Assembly (NCBI GenBank): GCA_963709405.1
Contig: CAVPXM010000055.1
Span: 64,001 to 128,000, forward strand
Origin: an uncultured Nitrososphaerales archaeon
GTDB taxonomy: Archaea; Thermoproteota; Nitrososphaeria; Nitrososphaerales; Nitrososphaeraceae
DNA: 64,000 bases
Direction: 5' to 3'
In this document: in pieces, positions 11,039 through 21,577 of the stretch
How positions within the stretch are numbered: the first letter of the stretch is position 1
Layout of the letters: each line of letters opens with the position of its first letter
Notes under the pieces: model-generated
The model's input: only the letters and a program-made list of their open reading frames with translations
Told to the model about the DNA's origin: nothing
Database searches by the model: none
Program-made: the position numbers and the translations under genes

Positions 11039-11042
11039 CCTA

Positions 11043-12375
11043 TCAGAATCGCTCAATTTTATTTACAAGTCCGAATATCGTATCTAGAAGAAGTTTCAAA
11101 TCCTGTCTTCCTATTGCTAATGGAGGAATTATTATTATGGTATTTCCTAAAATTCTTAGAAATACCCCCATGTTAAGAGACTCTTTGGCAATATAGGAAC
11201 TGAGTGACAATCCATCCCTCAACTTAAGTAATGGCTTTTTTGCTTTTTCCAGGTCAATGCCACCAAGTAGACCCTTAACTCTTAAATTCTTGGCAATTGG
11301 AGATTGCTGTATCTCTTTTAACCTATGACTTATGTATACGCTGCTTCTCCCTTATTTTCTGTATAAGCTCGTATTTTTCATACATTTGAATATTCGCTAT
11401 AGCTGCTGCACAGCCTATTGGATGACCTGTGAACGTATGTCCATGATAAAGCCGCTTAGCGTCAGAATATTTACTTAGGAATGATTCAAAAATTTCCTTA
11501 GTGGTAAGGGTAACTGCTAGTGGAGAATAGCCACCGGTAAGGGCTTTGCCTAGGCATACAATGTCTGGAGAACACTTTTGCTCAAGATATTCTAGCATAT
11601 TCCCTAACCGTCCAAACCCTGTCGCAATTTCGTCAAGAATTAGCAAGATATCATACTTCTTGCATAAATCACCTATTTTTTTTTGGTAGTTCTTCGGAAA
11701 AATTGATACACCTCCCACTATTTGAGCACCGCTTTCCATCACAAGGGCACAGCAGTCGGAGCTGTTCTTTGCTAAAATATGTTCAGTCCTTTCAAGGCAA
11801 TGTTGTTCTACATCTTGACCAGTAAGATACGTAGTCTTGCGAACCGGTGATGGGATCTTGAGGGCTCTGTGCAGTAAAGGTGCATAAGGTGCAAAGTACC
11901 TTGGTAGGTAACCCACAGACATTGCCCCAACAGTATCTCCATGATATCCATTTTGCATTGAAATGAATTTAGTTTTTTTTTCCTTTCCTTTATTTTTCCA
12001 GTATTGTATAGCCATTTTCATACCTACTTCTATTGCGGTCGATCCATTATCTGAATAGAAAACGTGGCTCATCCCCTTCGCAAGCTTGATAAGCATCTCA
12101 GCCAATTCCGATGAGGGAGCATTCGCCAAGCCAAATAGGGTAGAGTGCTGCAGCGCACGAACTTGTTTGACCATAGTCTTCGACATCTCATTATTCCCGT
12201 GTCCCCAAACGTTGCACCACATACTAGCAATCCCATCAAGATACCTTTTGCCATGCTCATCTATTAGGTAGAAGCCATCGCCGCGTACTATAACTGGATT
12301 GTCTGAATTGATCCATTCAAGCATTTGTGTGAAGGGATGCCAAACAAAATTCTTATCGTTAGAACCTAGATTCAA
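11043..12375 (-). CDS. bioA: 7,8-diaminopelargonate aminotransferase (frameshift near 11345)
   Basis: WHPFTQM, YHGDT, DEIATGFGR, GKALTGG, HGHTF; shifted frame RVKGLLGGIDL...IIPPL ends at TGA 11043. Confidence 0.92.
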
Positions 12376-12412
12376 TCAAAATAAAAAGCATACTCCTATT
12401 ATTATTATTCCT

Positions 12413-13156
12413 ATGCACGGACTATTCGTTACCGGGACTGATACGGGTATAGGAAAGACGACTATCTGTACTGGATTACTCTGGTTCTTGCATAACAAAG
12501 GGATCGAAGTTGGAGTAATGAAGCCATTTGCTGCTGCTGATAAGATTTTTTCGCAAAGTTACAGGTCTGAGGATACTTACAAGCTTGCAACGGCGGCGAA
12601 GATAGAGGATGCTGATGAAAGAATTAATCCGTTTTTCTATAACGTGCCAGCGTCACCATTTGTTGCCTCAAAGTTAACACACCAAAAAATCCCTAGTCTG
12701 GACCATGCTGTACGAACAGTGTTGGGTGAATCCAAAAAACGCAGATATACTATCATAGAAGGCATCGGTGGTCTTTTGGTTCCGATCTCAAGGAATTATA
12801 CTATCGCAGACTTGGCGAAAAAGCTTGGCCTGCCCACAGTTATTGTTGCTGATGCTAGGTTAGGTGGAGTGAATCACACATTGCTTACACTCCAAGCATG
12901 TGTTAATCATCGATTAGATGTAATAGCCGTAATTATAAATCGAATGCCTACAAGACCAGAAAAGCCTCAAAGACTTCTTATTAGTACTTTGCGTCAGCTC
13001 ACCGGCATAAAAGTAATTTTTTCTATTCCGAATTTTCATAAGGAACCAAATCCTAAATCCGTCGCAATCATGCTTGATAAGAAATGGCACATCCTTAGTT
13101 CGCTCGGCTTTAGATATTCTCAATTTAACGAGACACAATTTCGCTTAATGCGATAA
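12413..13156 (+). CDS. bioD: dethiobiotin synthase
   Basis: FVTGTDTGIGKT, MKP, IEGIGG, LGGVNH; ATG at 12413 preferred. Confidence 0.92.
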   Translation: MHGLFVTGTDTGIGKTTICTGLLWFLHNKGIEVGVMKPFAAADKIFSQSYRSEDTYKLATAAKIEDADERINPFFYNVPASPFVASKLTHQKIPSLDHAVRTVLGESKKRRYTIIEGIGGLLVPISRNYTIADLAKKLGLPTVIVADARLGGVNHTLLTLQACVNHRLDVIAVIINRMPTRPEKPQRLLISTLRQLTGIKVIFSIPNFHKEPNPKSVAIMLDKKWHILSSLGFRYSQFNETQFRLMR

Positions 13157-13302
13157 ACCAAGATAATGTCCAAGCACATATCCCCTAATATTTGATGGAA
13201 GATTCATAATCCAATATGATATCATCGAGAATCCTAGGTTTGAGTTAGGAGAAAAATATTCCAATTAATTCAGATCTTAGTAATCCCTTGTAGGTCCTAA
13301 TC

Positions 13303-13791
13303 ATGAACCACTATACTCCCCAAAATAGATTTATAAAATCTGATTACCTATTCTCAAACATGTTAATGGTAAGAATTGGTACTGCCTTATTGATAGTCTC
13401 ACTGGCACTGCTAATAATTTATGGATTTGATGTAATTGTTGCCATGTCAAAGAATGGACCAGACGGAACAAAGAGTCCTAGAGGTTTTCTGCCTTTTAAT
13501 GAAGCTACAAGAGGCATTGCCTTGGGAGCCACGGCTGTTGTGATGTCTATCGTAGCATTTGTTATAACTAGAAAAACACCTTCTCGCAGTATAGCGATAT
13601 TATTAATTATAAACGGTGGGATAATCTTGGTAGGTATGTTTTTTATTATGACTCAGGTAGCACTAACAGTAAACTCTGCGAGAACCGTAGGCTCTACAAT
13701 CGTAATGGGACTCCTTCTCGTTGCATTGGGCATTGTAAAATCTTTCTATGACAAAAGGTATATGGCGCAAAGGAAGGAGTACCTTCGTTAA
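13303..13791 (+). CDS. membrane protein (about 4 TM)
   Basis: Hydrophobic helices; the true start may be downstream. Confidence 0.6.
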   Translation: MNHYTPQNRFIKSDYLFSNMLMVRIGTALLIVSLALLIIYGFDVIVAMSKNGPDGTKSPRGFLPFNEATRGIALGATAVVMSIVAFVITRKTPSRSIAILLIINGGIILVGMFFIMTQVALTVNSARTVGSTIVMGLLLVALGIVKSFYDKRYMAQRKEYLR

Positions 13792-13952
13792 TAAAAATGG
13801 CAAGAAACTTACAAAGCCTCTCAATGAGGACCCGATTCTTACCACTTGTAATAGAATAACGATGATCTTGTAACGAATATCGAATGATAATTGAGAATCT
13901 GGTTTAGCGTAATTACTTATATGTTTTATCGTAATCAACCAAGTGTATCTTA

Positions 13953-14648
13953 ATGAAAGCGGTAATATTAGCTGGAGGATTAGGCAAGAGACTACGCCCT
14001 TTGACTGACGATAAGCCAAAACCAATGATTGAGGTCCTGAATGTGCCAATTATTGAATGGCAAGTCAGATGGTTCCGGAAATATTGCATCAATGAAATCG
14101 TGATCTGCGTCGGTTATCTTAAAGAGCATATAATAGATTATATAGGAAGTGGGGCAAAGTTCGGCGTAAAGGTAGGCTATGCTGTAGAGGAAGAACCACT
14201 TGGAACTGGCGGAGCTCTGAAAAACGCGGAGAGTCTATTAGGAGGAGGTCTCAAAGATGGCTTCTTCATGGTAAATGGTGACATTTTAACTGATCTAAAT
14301 CCCACTGAGCTCAGAATCGATAATTTTCCATCATTGGCACTGGTTCCACTGAGAAGCCCATATGGAGTAGTTGAGGTCGATGTCGATTCCTTTGTCATGG
14401 GTTTTGTGGAGAAACCTCTGATACATGATAGGTGGATAAACGCTGGTGTCTATTATCTAACTAGGGAAGTCTTCGATTACCTTCCAGAATCTGGCAATAT
14501 TGAAACAACAGCACTTCCTCTAATGGCCAAAGAAAGGAAGTTGAAGGCACGAAATTTTAGCAGTTCCTTCTGGAGATCAATTGATTCGCATAAGGATATC
14601 GAAGAGGCTTCGAAAGAAATTAGGCTAGCTTTTAATGAGAAACTTTAA
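13953..14648 (+). CDS. sugar-phosphate nucleotidyltransferase
   Basis: ILAGGLGKRLRPLTDDKPKPM, EPLGTGGA, NGD. Confidence 0.88.
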   Translation: MKAVILAGGLGKRLRPLTDDKPKPMIEVLNVPIIEWQVRWFRKYCINEIVICVGYLKEHIIDYIGSGAKFGVKVGYAVEEEPLGTGGALKNAESLLGGGLKDGFFMVNGDILTDLNPTELRIDNFPSLALVPLRSPYGVVEVDVDSFVMGFVEKPLIHDRWINAGVYYLTREVFDYLPESGNIETTALPLMAKERKLKARNFSSSFWRSIDSHKDIEEASKEIRLAFNEKL

Positions 14649-15642
14649 AATCGGCTTTAGTCTTGGACCGCTCCTATCAATCAAAGAAATCATTCTAATT
14701 GCTAGATATGCAGACGAAGCTGGAGGCGTGGATTCTATTTGGATCCCAGAATCTTGGGGAAGGGAATCATTCTCAACCTTAGGCGCTATATCTCAGGTTA
14801 CACGTAAATTGAGACTTGGCAGCTCGATAATAAACGTATATTCCAGAACCCCGGCAACCATAGCCATGGGTGCAGCAACCCTCGACAAACTTTCGAACAA
14901 CAGGACAATAATTGGGCTCGGAACAAGTACACCAGAGTTAGTTACAGGTTGGCATGGCATGGAATTTGACAGTCCACTTCAGAGGGTAAAGGAATGCATA
15001 GAATGTCTTAGGCTTATCCTGAGCGGAGAGAGGGTGAAGTATAATGGTAGACATTTTAAGATAAATAATTTCAAAATTTTAGAGACACCAACGAGAAAAA
15101 CTTTGCCTATTTTTGTAGCTGCTGTTCATCAAAAAATGATTGATCTCGCAAGGTCTTACGCCAATGGAGTCGTATTCTACTTGAGACCTATCGATGAGCT
15201 GAGGAAAACAGTGTCTACCCTTAGGTCTGGGGCGAGGATCAATTCCTGTGGCGCAGACTTCGAGATCGCCTGCTCGATTATATGTGCGATCTCAAGTAGT
15301 AATCCACAAAAAGCTAGAGAACGTGCTTCAAAGACGTTAGCATACTACATATCTACTGGGAGGTACTACAATCGTTTCTTGGCTGACAACGGGTTTCGTA
15401 ATGACGTGATTTCAATTGCTCAACGATACAAAAATGTAGGGTTGGAAGCTGCAGCTGAGGCAATCACAGACAAGATGTTGGATTCTTTGACTATTTGCGG
15501 GAGTATTGAACAATGTTCAAAATCGTTTGAACGTTTTTTGTCAAGTGGAATCTCATTACCGATCATCCAAGTCAATCCTGTAGATGATTCCGTTCTTTCG
15601 TTTAAGGAGATGCTTTCCGCATTTAAATGCACAGAGTCATAG
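14635..15642 (+). CDS. LLM-class (F420-dependent) oxidoreductase
   Basis: DSIWIPE, RTPATIAMGAATLDKLSNNRTIIGLG. Confidence 0.85.
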   Translation: MRNFKIGFSLGPLLSIKEIILIARYADEAGGVDSIWIPESWGRESFSTLGAISQVTRKLRLGSSIINVYSRTPATIAMGAATLDKLSNNRTIIGLGTSTPELVTGWHGMEFDSPLQRVKECIECLRLILSGERVKYNGRHFKINNFKILETPTRKTLPIFVAAVHQKMIDLARSYANGVVFYLRPIDELRKTVSTLRSGARINSCGADFEIACSIICAISSSNPQKARERASKTLAYYISTGRYYNRFLADNGFRNDVISIAQRYKNVGLEAAAEAITDKMLDSLTICGSIEQCSKSFERFLSSGISLPIIQVNPVDDSVLSFKEMLSAFKCTES

Positions 15643-16731
15643 TTGGCGATTATGCTACCTCAAGATTTAGGAAGGAACAATCGCCATCACTTCTTGATAT
15701 AGCCTGCGAAGCAGGCTCAGCTCTGTTGCGCAAACAAATCCTTTTGGCGGGCGAGATTGATGCGGTGATATTTTCTAGTTGTTCGAGCGATCAATATAGC
15801 GCAAGTATACTATCCGAAATGCTTGGAATAAAACCCAAAATTGCTTATAGACTCGATAATCTATGTAATTCTGGAACAAGCGCAGTTATTTCTGGTTTTG
15901 GACTGATTTCATCTGGTTTATGTAATTCTGTCTTGGTTATTGGCGCTGAAATCTCTAGTACGTTTGGAAGAAGCCTCGGTTGGGACGTAACAAGAGGTTC
16001 TTTCGCTCTCCCGATCTATTGGGCAACCATGTTTGCGAGGAATCATATGCGCAATTATGGCACAACCGAAGAACAAATGGCCATGGTCGTCGTAAAAAAC
16101 CATGAGAATGCGATCAACAATCCCAATGCTTTGTACGGTAAGCATCTTACAATAGATGACGTGATGAACTCTAAACGAATTACCTATCCACTTAAGTTGT
16201 TGGATTGTTCATCGGTGTGCGATGGGGCATCTGCAGTTCTGCTGTTGTCAGACGATAAAGTCTCGAGGTCGAGTCGAAAATCATGTAGTTATAACTGGTA
16301 TAGGCTCTCAGACAAATTCTGCTAGTCTAACCAAGGTAATAGGCGATATGAATGGTGCCGGTACAAGTAGAATAGCTGCAAATGGCGCATTTAAAATGGC
16401 TAAGATAGCTCCAAAAAATGTCGACGTAGCAGAACTACATGACGCATTTTCTATTATGGAGATATTAGCGTATGAAGATCTTGGCTTCGTCGATAGGGGG
16501 AAAGGAGGGAGATATGTAGACGAAAAATTAATTGCAACTAATCCTAGAGGTGGTATCCTTGGGTGTGGCCATCCACTAGGAGCGACTGGAGTCTCTCAGG
16601 TTGCTGAAATAGCCGCTCAATTGAGTGGAAAGGGGGGAAGAAGACAAATAAGAGGATGCAAAACTGGATTGATACAGAATCTCTCGGCTGCCGCTACTTC
16701 TGCCATAGTAATCATTCTAGAGGTCCAGTGA
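15627..16731 (+). CDS. SCP2-type/archaeal thiolase (frameshift near 16265)
   Basis: NLCNSG, NPNA, DCSSVCDGASA, then AELHDAF and GHPLGATG in a second frame. Confidence 0.88.
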
Positions 16732-17064
16732 ATGCTAAGGTTTAAACACTACTTAAGAAAGGGCGACTTTCGGGTTTCGTTTTGCACGATCTGTCGGAAA
16801 AGGGTATGGCCTCCTTTCGAACTTTGTCCCAATTGTTTTTCTAAGACATCTCTGAAGAGAATTTCAAGAACTGGGATATTAGTCGAATTTAGCTCAGACT
16901 TTCTTTCTGGGGATAATCAAGTATTTGGGATAGTAGATTTTAAAGGCATATTTTTATTGGGATCTTTACAGGGAAATGATTTTTTTCCGGGATGCAAAGT
17001 GATCATGTATGATTGTGGCATTGACTACGATGATAGGATCTTTTACAAATTTAAGAGATGTTAG
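16732..17064 (+). CDS. Zn-ribbon/OB-fold DUF35-like thiolase partner
   Basis: CTIC..WPP..CPNC; directly follows the thiolase. Confidence 0.75.
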   Translation: MLRFKHYLRKGDFRVSFCTICRKRVWPPFELCPNCFSKTSLKRISRTGILVEFSSDFLSGDNQVFGIVDFKGIFLLGSLQGNDFFPGCKVIMYDCGIDYDDRIFYKFKRC

Positions 17065-17138
17065 CAAAGTTCACCGTAAGGCAATCAAGTTTGCGATGGT
17101 TTAATTATTATATTTCGATTGCTCTTAAATCTATTGCC

Positions 17139-17498
17139 ATGAGTTATGACAGATTTATTGACGATCGCCTTCTGACGAGCAGGGATGCATTGAATAAGAT
17201 CCAGATCAAGATAAAGATGATTGAATTTGACGAGAACGCAAGAGACTTTTCTCAAAGATTCGGAAGTAGAATGTTGATTCGGAAAATCTTGCTTACTATA
17301 AGGCACTTAGACTCTGATGAAATCGAGGAAAGGGAACTTGATATCGAGGAAATAGAAGCACGAATGAAAAGGGAGAGACTGTTTTCTTCGTCAAATCGCT
17401 GGGTTTCTCCAAATGAATTGAAGAATGGCTACGTAGTGGCCAGCCGGCATTTAGATCTTCTGGCTGATGCAGTTGCGTTAGACATATTCGTATGGTAG
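17139..17498 (+). CDS. hypothetical protein
   Basis: ORF; ATG of MSYDRFIDDRL preferred as start. Confidence 0.65.
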   Translation: MSYDRFIDDRLLTSRDALNKIQIKIKMIEFDENARDFSQRFGSRMLIRKILLTIRHLDSDEIEERELDIEEIEARMKRERLFSSSNRWVSPNELKNGYVVASRHLDLLADAVALDIFVW

Positions 17499-17695
17499 CA
17501 GAGTTGGATTTTTGTCCTGGCCGACATCCATCTATTGACTTGACTTAGTGATCGCGTGCAATAGGCCAATTTTGGCTAAATGAATCGCTCCTGGCATGTT
17601 AGCTAGACATTTCATTAGAAAGCTGCAAGGTTTGAAATAGGTCTCTAATAGCTTTAACTTTAGAGGTATAATTTTGCGCAACTAAAATGGATAAG

Positions 17696-17803
17696 CGCCG
17701 CTGATCAGACTCGAACTGATGACCCACTGGTTAACAGCCAGCTAAGCTTAAAAGGCATTTTATAGTGCCCTAAATTTGCTCTACCATGCTGAGCTACAGC
17801 GGC
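17696..17803 (-). tRNA. tRNA-Asn(GTT) with 34-nt non-canonical intron at 27/28 (17742-17775)
   Basis: Cloverleaf GCCGCTG/CAGCGGC; anticodon arm ACTGG-CTGTTAA-CCAGT after splicing; BHB central helix GAGC/GCTT. Confidence 0.92.
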
Positions 17804-17986
17804 GCAATATAGTGCAATTTTAAGCACAAAATAAATGTTATGCTGTTGATATATAGATGGCTGATTTAGAAAAAAATTTCAAATTTCGAATTATGAAAGA
17901 AAATGGGATATCAAATGTACGTATATCAAGCTCCCCAAACGACTGGTATGAAGGATCTAATAAGCGATGAGGCGATGATACTGAGT

Positions 17987-18541
17987 TCAGGTTTCAGCTT
18001 GATACATATACAATCCATCTAAAAATACTCTCTGATCTTTTTGTTTAACCTTAGTCGAGGATTCAATATTGGCTGCAGTCTGGGAAACGTTTTCTAAGCT
18101 TGGTCCTTGTACAATTACATCTTCACCACTAACGGTAACTTTCGTTAATTCGCCAACGATACGTGAGATCCTTGCTGATCTCTCTCCAAAGAAATTGTCG
18201 ACGTGAACTTCCCTACCTTTTACTTTAACCGAAATAGGAAAGTGTGCGTACACTATTTTCAGCTTATAAGTATATCCTTTTTCAACGCCTTTTATCATAT
18301 TTTTGATAATACTCTTACAAGTATTAGAAATTGCACGATCTCTCTTTCTAGTACCGTAAGGACTAATCGTAATTCGATTATCTTTGATCACGATATCTAC
18401 TTGTAACTTGGTAGTATCCTTCCTAATTGTCCCCAGTTTACCCTGAATACTGATTGTGTTGTCTGCAAAGGCAGCAGAAACACCCGCTGGAATATCAATC
18501 TCAGAGACTACCTTTTCCTTAGCATTTTCGCTAATAGACAA
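17987..18541 (-). CDS. rpl6: 50S ribosomal protein uL6
   Basis: YAHFPISV, NFFGE, DQRVFLDGLY. Confidence 0.95.
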   Translation of the reverse strand: MSISENAKEKVVSEIDIPAGVSAAFADNTISIQGKLGTIRKDTTKLQVDIVIKDNRITISPYGTRKRDRAISNTCKSIIKNMIKGVEKGYTYKLKIVYAHFPISVKVKGREVHVDNFFGERSARISRIVGELTKVTVSGEDVIVQGPSLENVSQTAANIESSTKVKQKDQRVFLDGLYMYQAET

Positions 18542-18923
18542 ATCCGATTAATACTCCTCCTAGGCCTCGACTTTGAGCATCATGATGTGACATTATCCCA
18601 CTACTCGTAGATACAATTATCATCCCCATGTTATACGCAGGTAAATATTGTCTCTCCCAATCAAGGTAGCCATCTTTCTTCACACTAAACCTTGGGGTGA
18701 TTACTCCACATCGATTAATCCTTGCCAAAAGTTGAATTCTAAATTTTCCAGTCCTGCCGTCATCCACCTGTTCGAATTCGCCAATGTATCCCTGCCTTTG
18801 GAGTACCCTCAATATGTCGCTTGTAAATCGTGATGAAGGTATAGCAATACACTCCTTTTTCCTTCTTGCTTCATTATTGTACAGCGTTGTTAACAAATTA
18901 GATAGCACATTTAATGCCGGCAG
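18531..18923 (-). CDS. rps8: 30S ribosomal protein uS8 (probable CTG start)
   Basis: GYIGEFEQVDDGR, INRCGVITPRF, STSSGIMSH; extending to CTG gives a 130-aa protein starting MPALNVL. Confidence 0.95.
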   Translation of the reverse strand: MPALNVLSNLLTTLYNNEARRKKECIAIPSSRFTSDILRVLQRQGYIGEFEQVDDGRTGKFRIQLLARINRCGVITPRFSVKKDGYLDWERQYLPAYNMGMIIVSTSSGIMSHHDAQSRGLGGVLIGFVY

Positions 18924-18938
18924 GATTTATCAAACTCC

Positions 18939-19118
18939 TTATTCATATTTCTTGAACCCCAAATTAAGAGCTACTTCCCTAAAACACTGCCTGCAAAGCA
19001 TTAGGTTATATTGATGTATCAAGCCTGTATATGAACCACATCTTTTACACCATCTTGTCCCTCTACCATGAGCAAGCTGCTTTCTCCCTGTTTCAGCATA
19101 ATCACGTGGTTTTGGCAC
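18939..19118 (-). CDS. rps14: 30S ribosomal protein uS14 (not in ORF track)
   Basis: Hand translation [28 protein letters not shown]...[19 protein letters not shown]. Confidence 0.95.
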   Translation of the reverse strand: MPKPRDYAETGRKQLAHGRGTRWCKRCGSYTGLIHQYNLMLCRQCFREVALNLGFKKYE

Positions 19119-19642
19119 TAGGCTATCACAACCCCGTATTCTTTCTGGAAAAAGGCCATTGACTCATCCTTAGTGATTCGATGATTCTTGCCGACTTTCC
19201 CCTTATTCCTTCTCTTCGAAATCCTGTATCCTGGCCTTACCAAGGCTATACTCACGTTCATGCCAACTATCCCTATTTCTGGATTATATTTTGTACCTGG
19301 TATATCAATGTGTTCATGAATCCCAACGGAGATATTGCCCATCTCATCGAAAGATGATGCTTGAAATGTATTTGCTTTAGCGGCAATTATCCCCTTCAAA
19401 AATTGCTCTGCAACTTCTCTTCTTAGAGTCACAATCGCTGCTATAGGCTCACCCTTATGAATGCCGAAGTCACGAAAGTTCTTCTTAGCTCCCCTAACGC
19501 TTGGACTTTGACCAGTCAGTTCTTTGAGTGCTCGTTTTGCTCTTTCTAGAGGCTCTCCGGATTTACCTACTGCAATGTTAACTACAACTTTTTCTATAGA
19601 AATTTTTTTCATCCCATTTGAAACCTCTAATTGTTGAGTCAT
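19118..19642 (-). CDS. rpl5: 50S ribosomal protein uL5
   Basis: [27 protein letters not shown]. Confidence 0.95.
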   Translation of the reverse strand: MTQQLEVSNGMKKISIEKVVVNIAVGKSGEPLERAKRALKELTGQSPSVRGAKKNFRDFGIHKGEPIAAIVTLRREVAEQFLKGIIAAKANTFQASSFDEMGNISVGIHEHIDIPGTKYNPEIGIVGMNVSIALVRPGYRISKRRNKGKVGKNHRITKDESMAFFQKEYGVVIA

Positions 19643-19646
19643 TGGA

Positions 19647-20363
19647 TTAGCTCACCTTCAAGATCGGGACATCTTGCCCTATAACCATGACTTTATCTAC
19701 AGGTAATTCCACTGATCTTCCACTCAAGGCGATTACCACCCTCTTTGGCAATGAAAATAGTCCATCCTTTATATCTTCGATCTTCCCTATTCCTCCCGCA
19801 TTCTCTCCTCCTATAATTAGCGCAGAATAACCCTTTTCAAATCTGATATGATCTTTTATCTCTAGTCGCGGGAGTTCAAGACGACACGAATCACCTACCG
19901 ACATTGTTAAATCGCTGATAATAGTTTTCCCATCGTGAAATCCGTACTGCAATTTATTATTTCTAATTGTAGTTTTACTAGTTACCAGAACTAATTTTGA
20001 AGACTTCTCGTGATTATCAATTGATAATGGAACTAGCAACCGTGAATTCTTTGGTACGAGCCGAAATACCTGACCTGTCTTAACTAGTTCGATAGTATCC
20101 ATCAATCCTACAGCCCTCTTGTCATCATGAACAATTATGCCATCAACCTTTATCATGCCTTCATTAAGTATCTTCTGGGCCTCTCGTAAAGTACTTGCTA
20201 CCTTTAAGCTATCTCGTAAAAGTACTGCCAAGGGATATGATTTTTGTCTCCGATGTGGACCTGGGCTAGTCCTGACTACAAATCTACTTTCCTTTCGTTT
20301 TATTTCCCAAAACGAAGGGGCCATCTGCCTCTTCAGGCTGCTACTTCCTCCTTTTCTTCCCAT
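19647..20363 (-). CDS. rps4e: 30S ribosomal protein eS4
   Basis: LKRQMAP, PGPH, VGLMD, FHDG. Confidence 0.95.
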   Translation of the reverse strand: MGRKGGSSSLKRQMAPSFWEIKRKESRFVVRTSPGPHRRQKSYPLAVLLRDSLKVASTLREAQKILNEGMIKVDGIIVHDDKRAVGLMDTIELVKTGQVFRLVPKNSRLLVPLSIDNHEKSSKLVLVTSKTTIRNNKLQYGFHDGKTIISDLTMSVGDSCRLELPRLEIKDHIRFEKGYSALIIGGENAGGIGKIEDIKDGLFSLPKRVVIALSGRSVELPVDKVMVIGQDVPILKVS

Positions 20364-20421
20364 TAAGATGCACTCTCTCTCCCTACTTTCTTGTCACGAG
20401 CTTTTGGTTTCTTAACTTTTT

Positions 20422-20784
20422 TTATTGGTTTCTCACCACTTGTTTTTTCTGTTTTTGCCGCGACTGCAAGCGAGTTTGTCTTCGTTTGTCATCTAGGTGT
20501 AACGACGTTACAATAACATTGGAGGCATGAATTTGAACCTTAACATTTCCACCTCGAACCTTCTCTCTCTGTATGCCTTCAATCGACAACGTGCCTCTCT
20601 CTGTATTTACCTTCTCGACTTTTCCTTCCACTCCAGCGTATTCTCCTCTCATCACTCTTATGCTATCCCCTTTAACTACCCTAATACTCCGTGTCCTGTA
20701 CTGCTGACGGAGATTGTCTTTTAGTGATGAGCAAATGCTTGAATCTCTATCATTCCTGCTCAAATGTGTATGATTATAATTCAT
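20422..20784 (-). CDS. rpl24: 50S ribosomal protein uL24
   Basis: RSIRVVKGD, IHASNV. Confidence 0.92.
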   Translation of the reverse strand: MNYNHTHLSRNDRDSSICSSLKDNLRQQYRTRSIRVVKGDSIRVMRGEYAGVEGKVEKVNTERGTLSIEGIQREKVRGGNVKVQIHASNVIVTSLHLDDKRRQTRLQSRQKQKKQVVRNQ

Positions 20785-20812
20785 TATTGAATCCTCCTAA
20801 TACTAATCATAT

Positions 20813-21247
20813 CTAGATTATCATAGATGCCAAATTGGCTATCCTTGGCCATCTCTCAGCGGCTTCTGCTCCTACAGGACCTTTAACGTCAGTTCCTTTG
20901 ATCTCTCCCTCTTGTGTTACCAAAACCGCGGCATTATCTTCAAAGATCACACGTGTTCCATTAAGTCTTCGTATTGGATATTTCTGTCTGATTATGACAG
21001 CTCCGTAGATTTGTTTTCGCAATTCGGCAGGTCCTTTTTTTACAGTTACCGTAACAAAATCTCCAACTGCCGCAGAGGGCAATCTTGAATGCCTTCCTTT
21101 GTATTTCGTAACTTGTACAATCTTCAGAACCTTAGCTCCAGTATTGTCAGCGCATACTAAGCTTGCTGTAACAGGAAGAGCTCTTGTAACGTAAGGGCGA
21201 AATTCTTCTACGCCTTTAGCAGAAACCGCCCTTGTCTTAGACGCCAT
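20813..21247 (-). CDS. rpl14: 50S ribosomal protein uL14
   Basis: CADNTGAK, FEDNAAV. Confidence 0.96.
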   Translation of the reverse strand: MASKTRAVSAKGVEEFRPYVTRALPVTASLVCADNTGAKVLKIVQVTKYKGRHSRLPSAAVGDFVTVTVKKGPAELRKQIYGAVIIRQKYPIRRLNGTRVIFEDNAAVLVTQEGEIKGTDVKGPVGAEAAERWPRIANLASMII

Positions 21248-21572
21248 TTCCAGACTTTACCTCAATTACAACGAATGAAACTGTTTTGGAAAGAGGCCTA
21301 CACTCCGCAATTCTAACCTCGTCCCCCTCTTTTAGATCAATACATTCAGGAGCATACGCGTGCATCCGAGATCTGCTCCTCTCATACCTCTTATATTTTA
21401 CCACAGGGCGAGAGTAACTCCTTTCAACAACTACCATGTTTTTGGCTTTGTAGCTTGCCACAAATCCAGTTAACAATTTTCCCCTTATTGAAAGGCTACC
21501 GTGGAAAGGACATAAATTATCTTCACATGATTTTCTTGGAGGTGTAACAGTAATACCGATATTTCTAACCAT
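21237..21572 (-). CDS. rps17: 30S ribosomal protein uS17
   Basis: CPFHG, KYKRYE, ECRPLSKT. Confidence 0.95.
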   Translation of the reverse strand: MVRNIGITVTPPRKSCEDNLCPFHGSLSIRGKLLTGFVASYKAKNMVVVERSYSRPVVKYKRYERSRSRMHAYAPECIDLKEGDEVRIAECRPLSKTVSFVVIEVKSGNGV

Positions 21573-21577
21573 CAAAA

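Noticed and set aside
17948-17984. possible C/D box sRNA (ATGAAGG...CTGA)
   Set aside because: Boxes are degenerate, guides are too short, and no convincing target was identified
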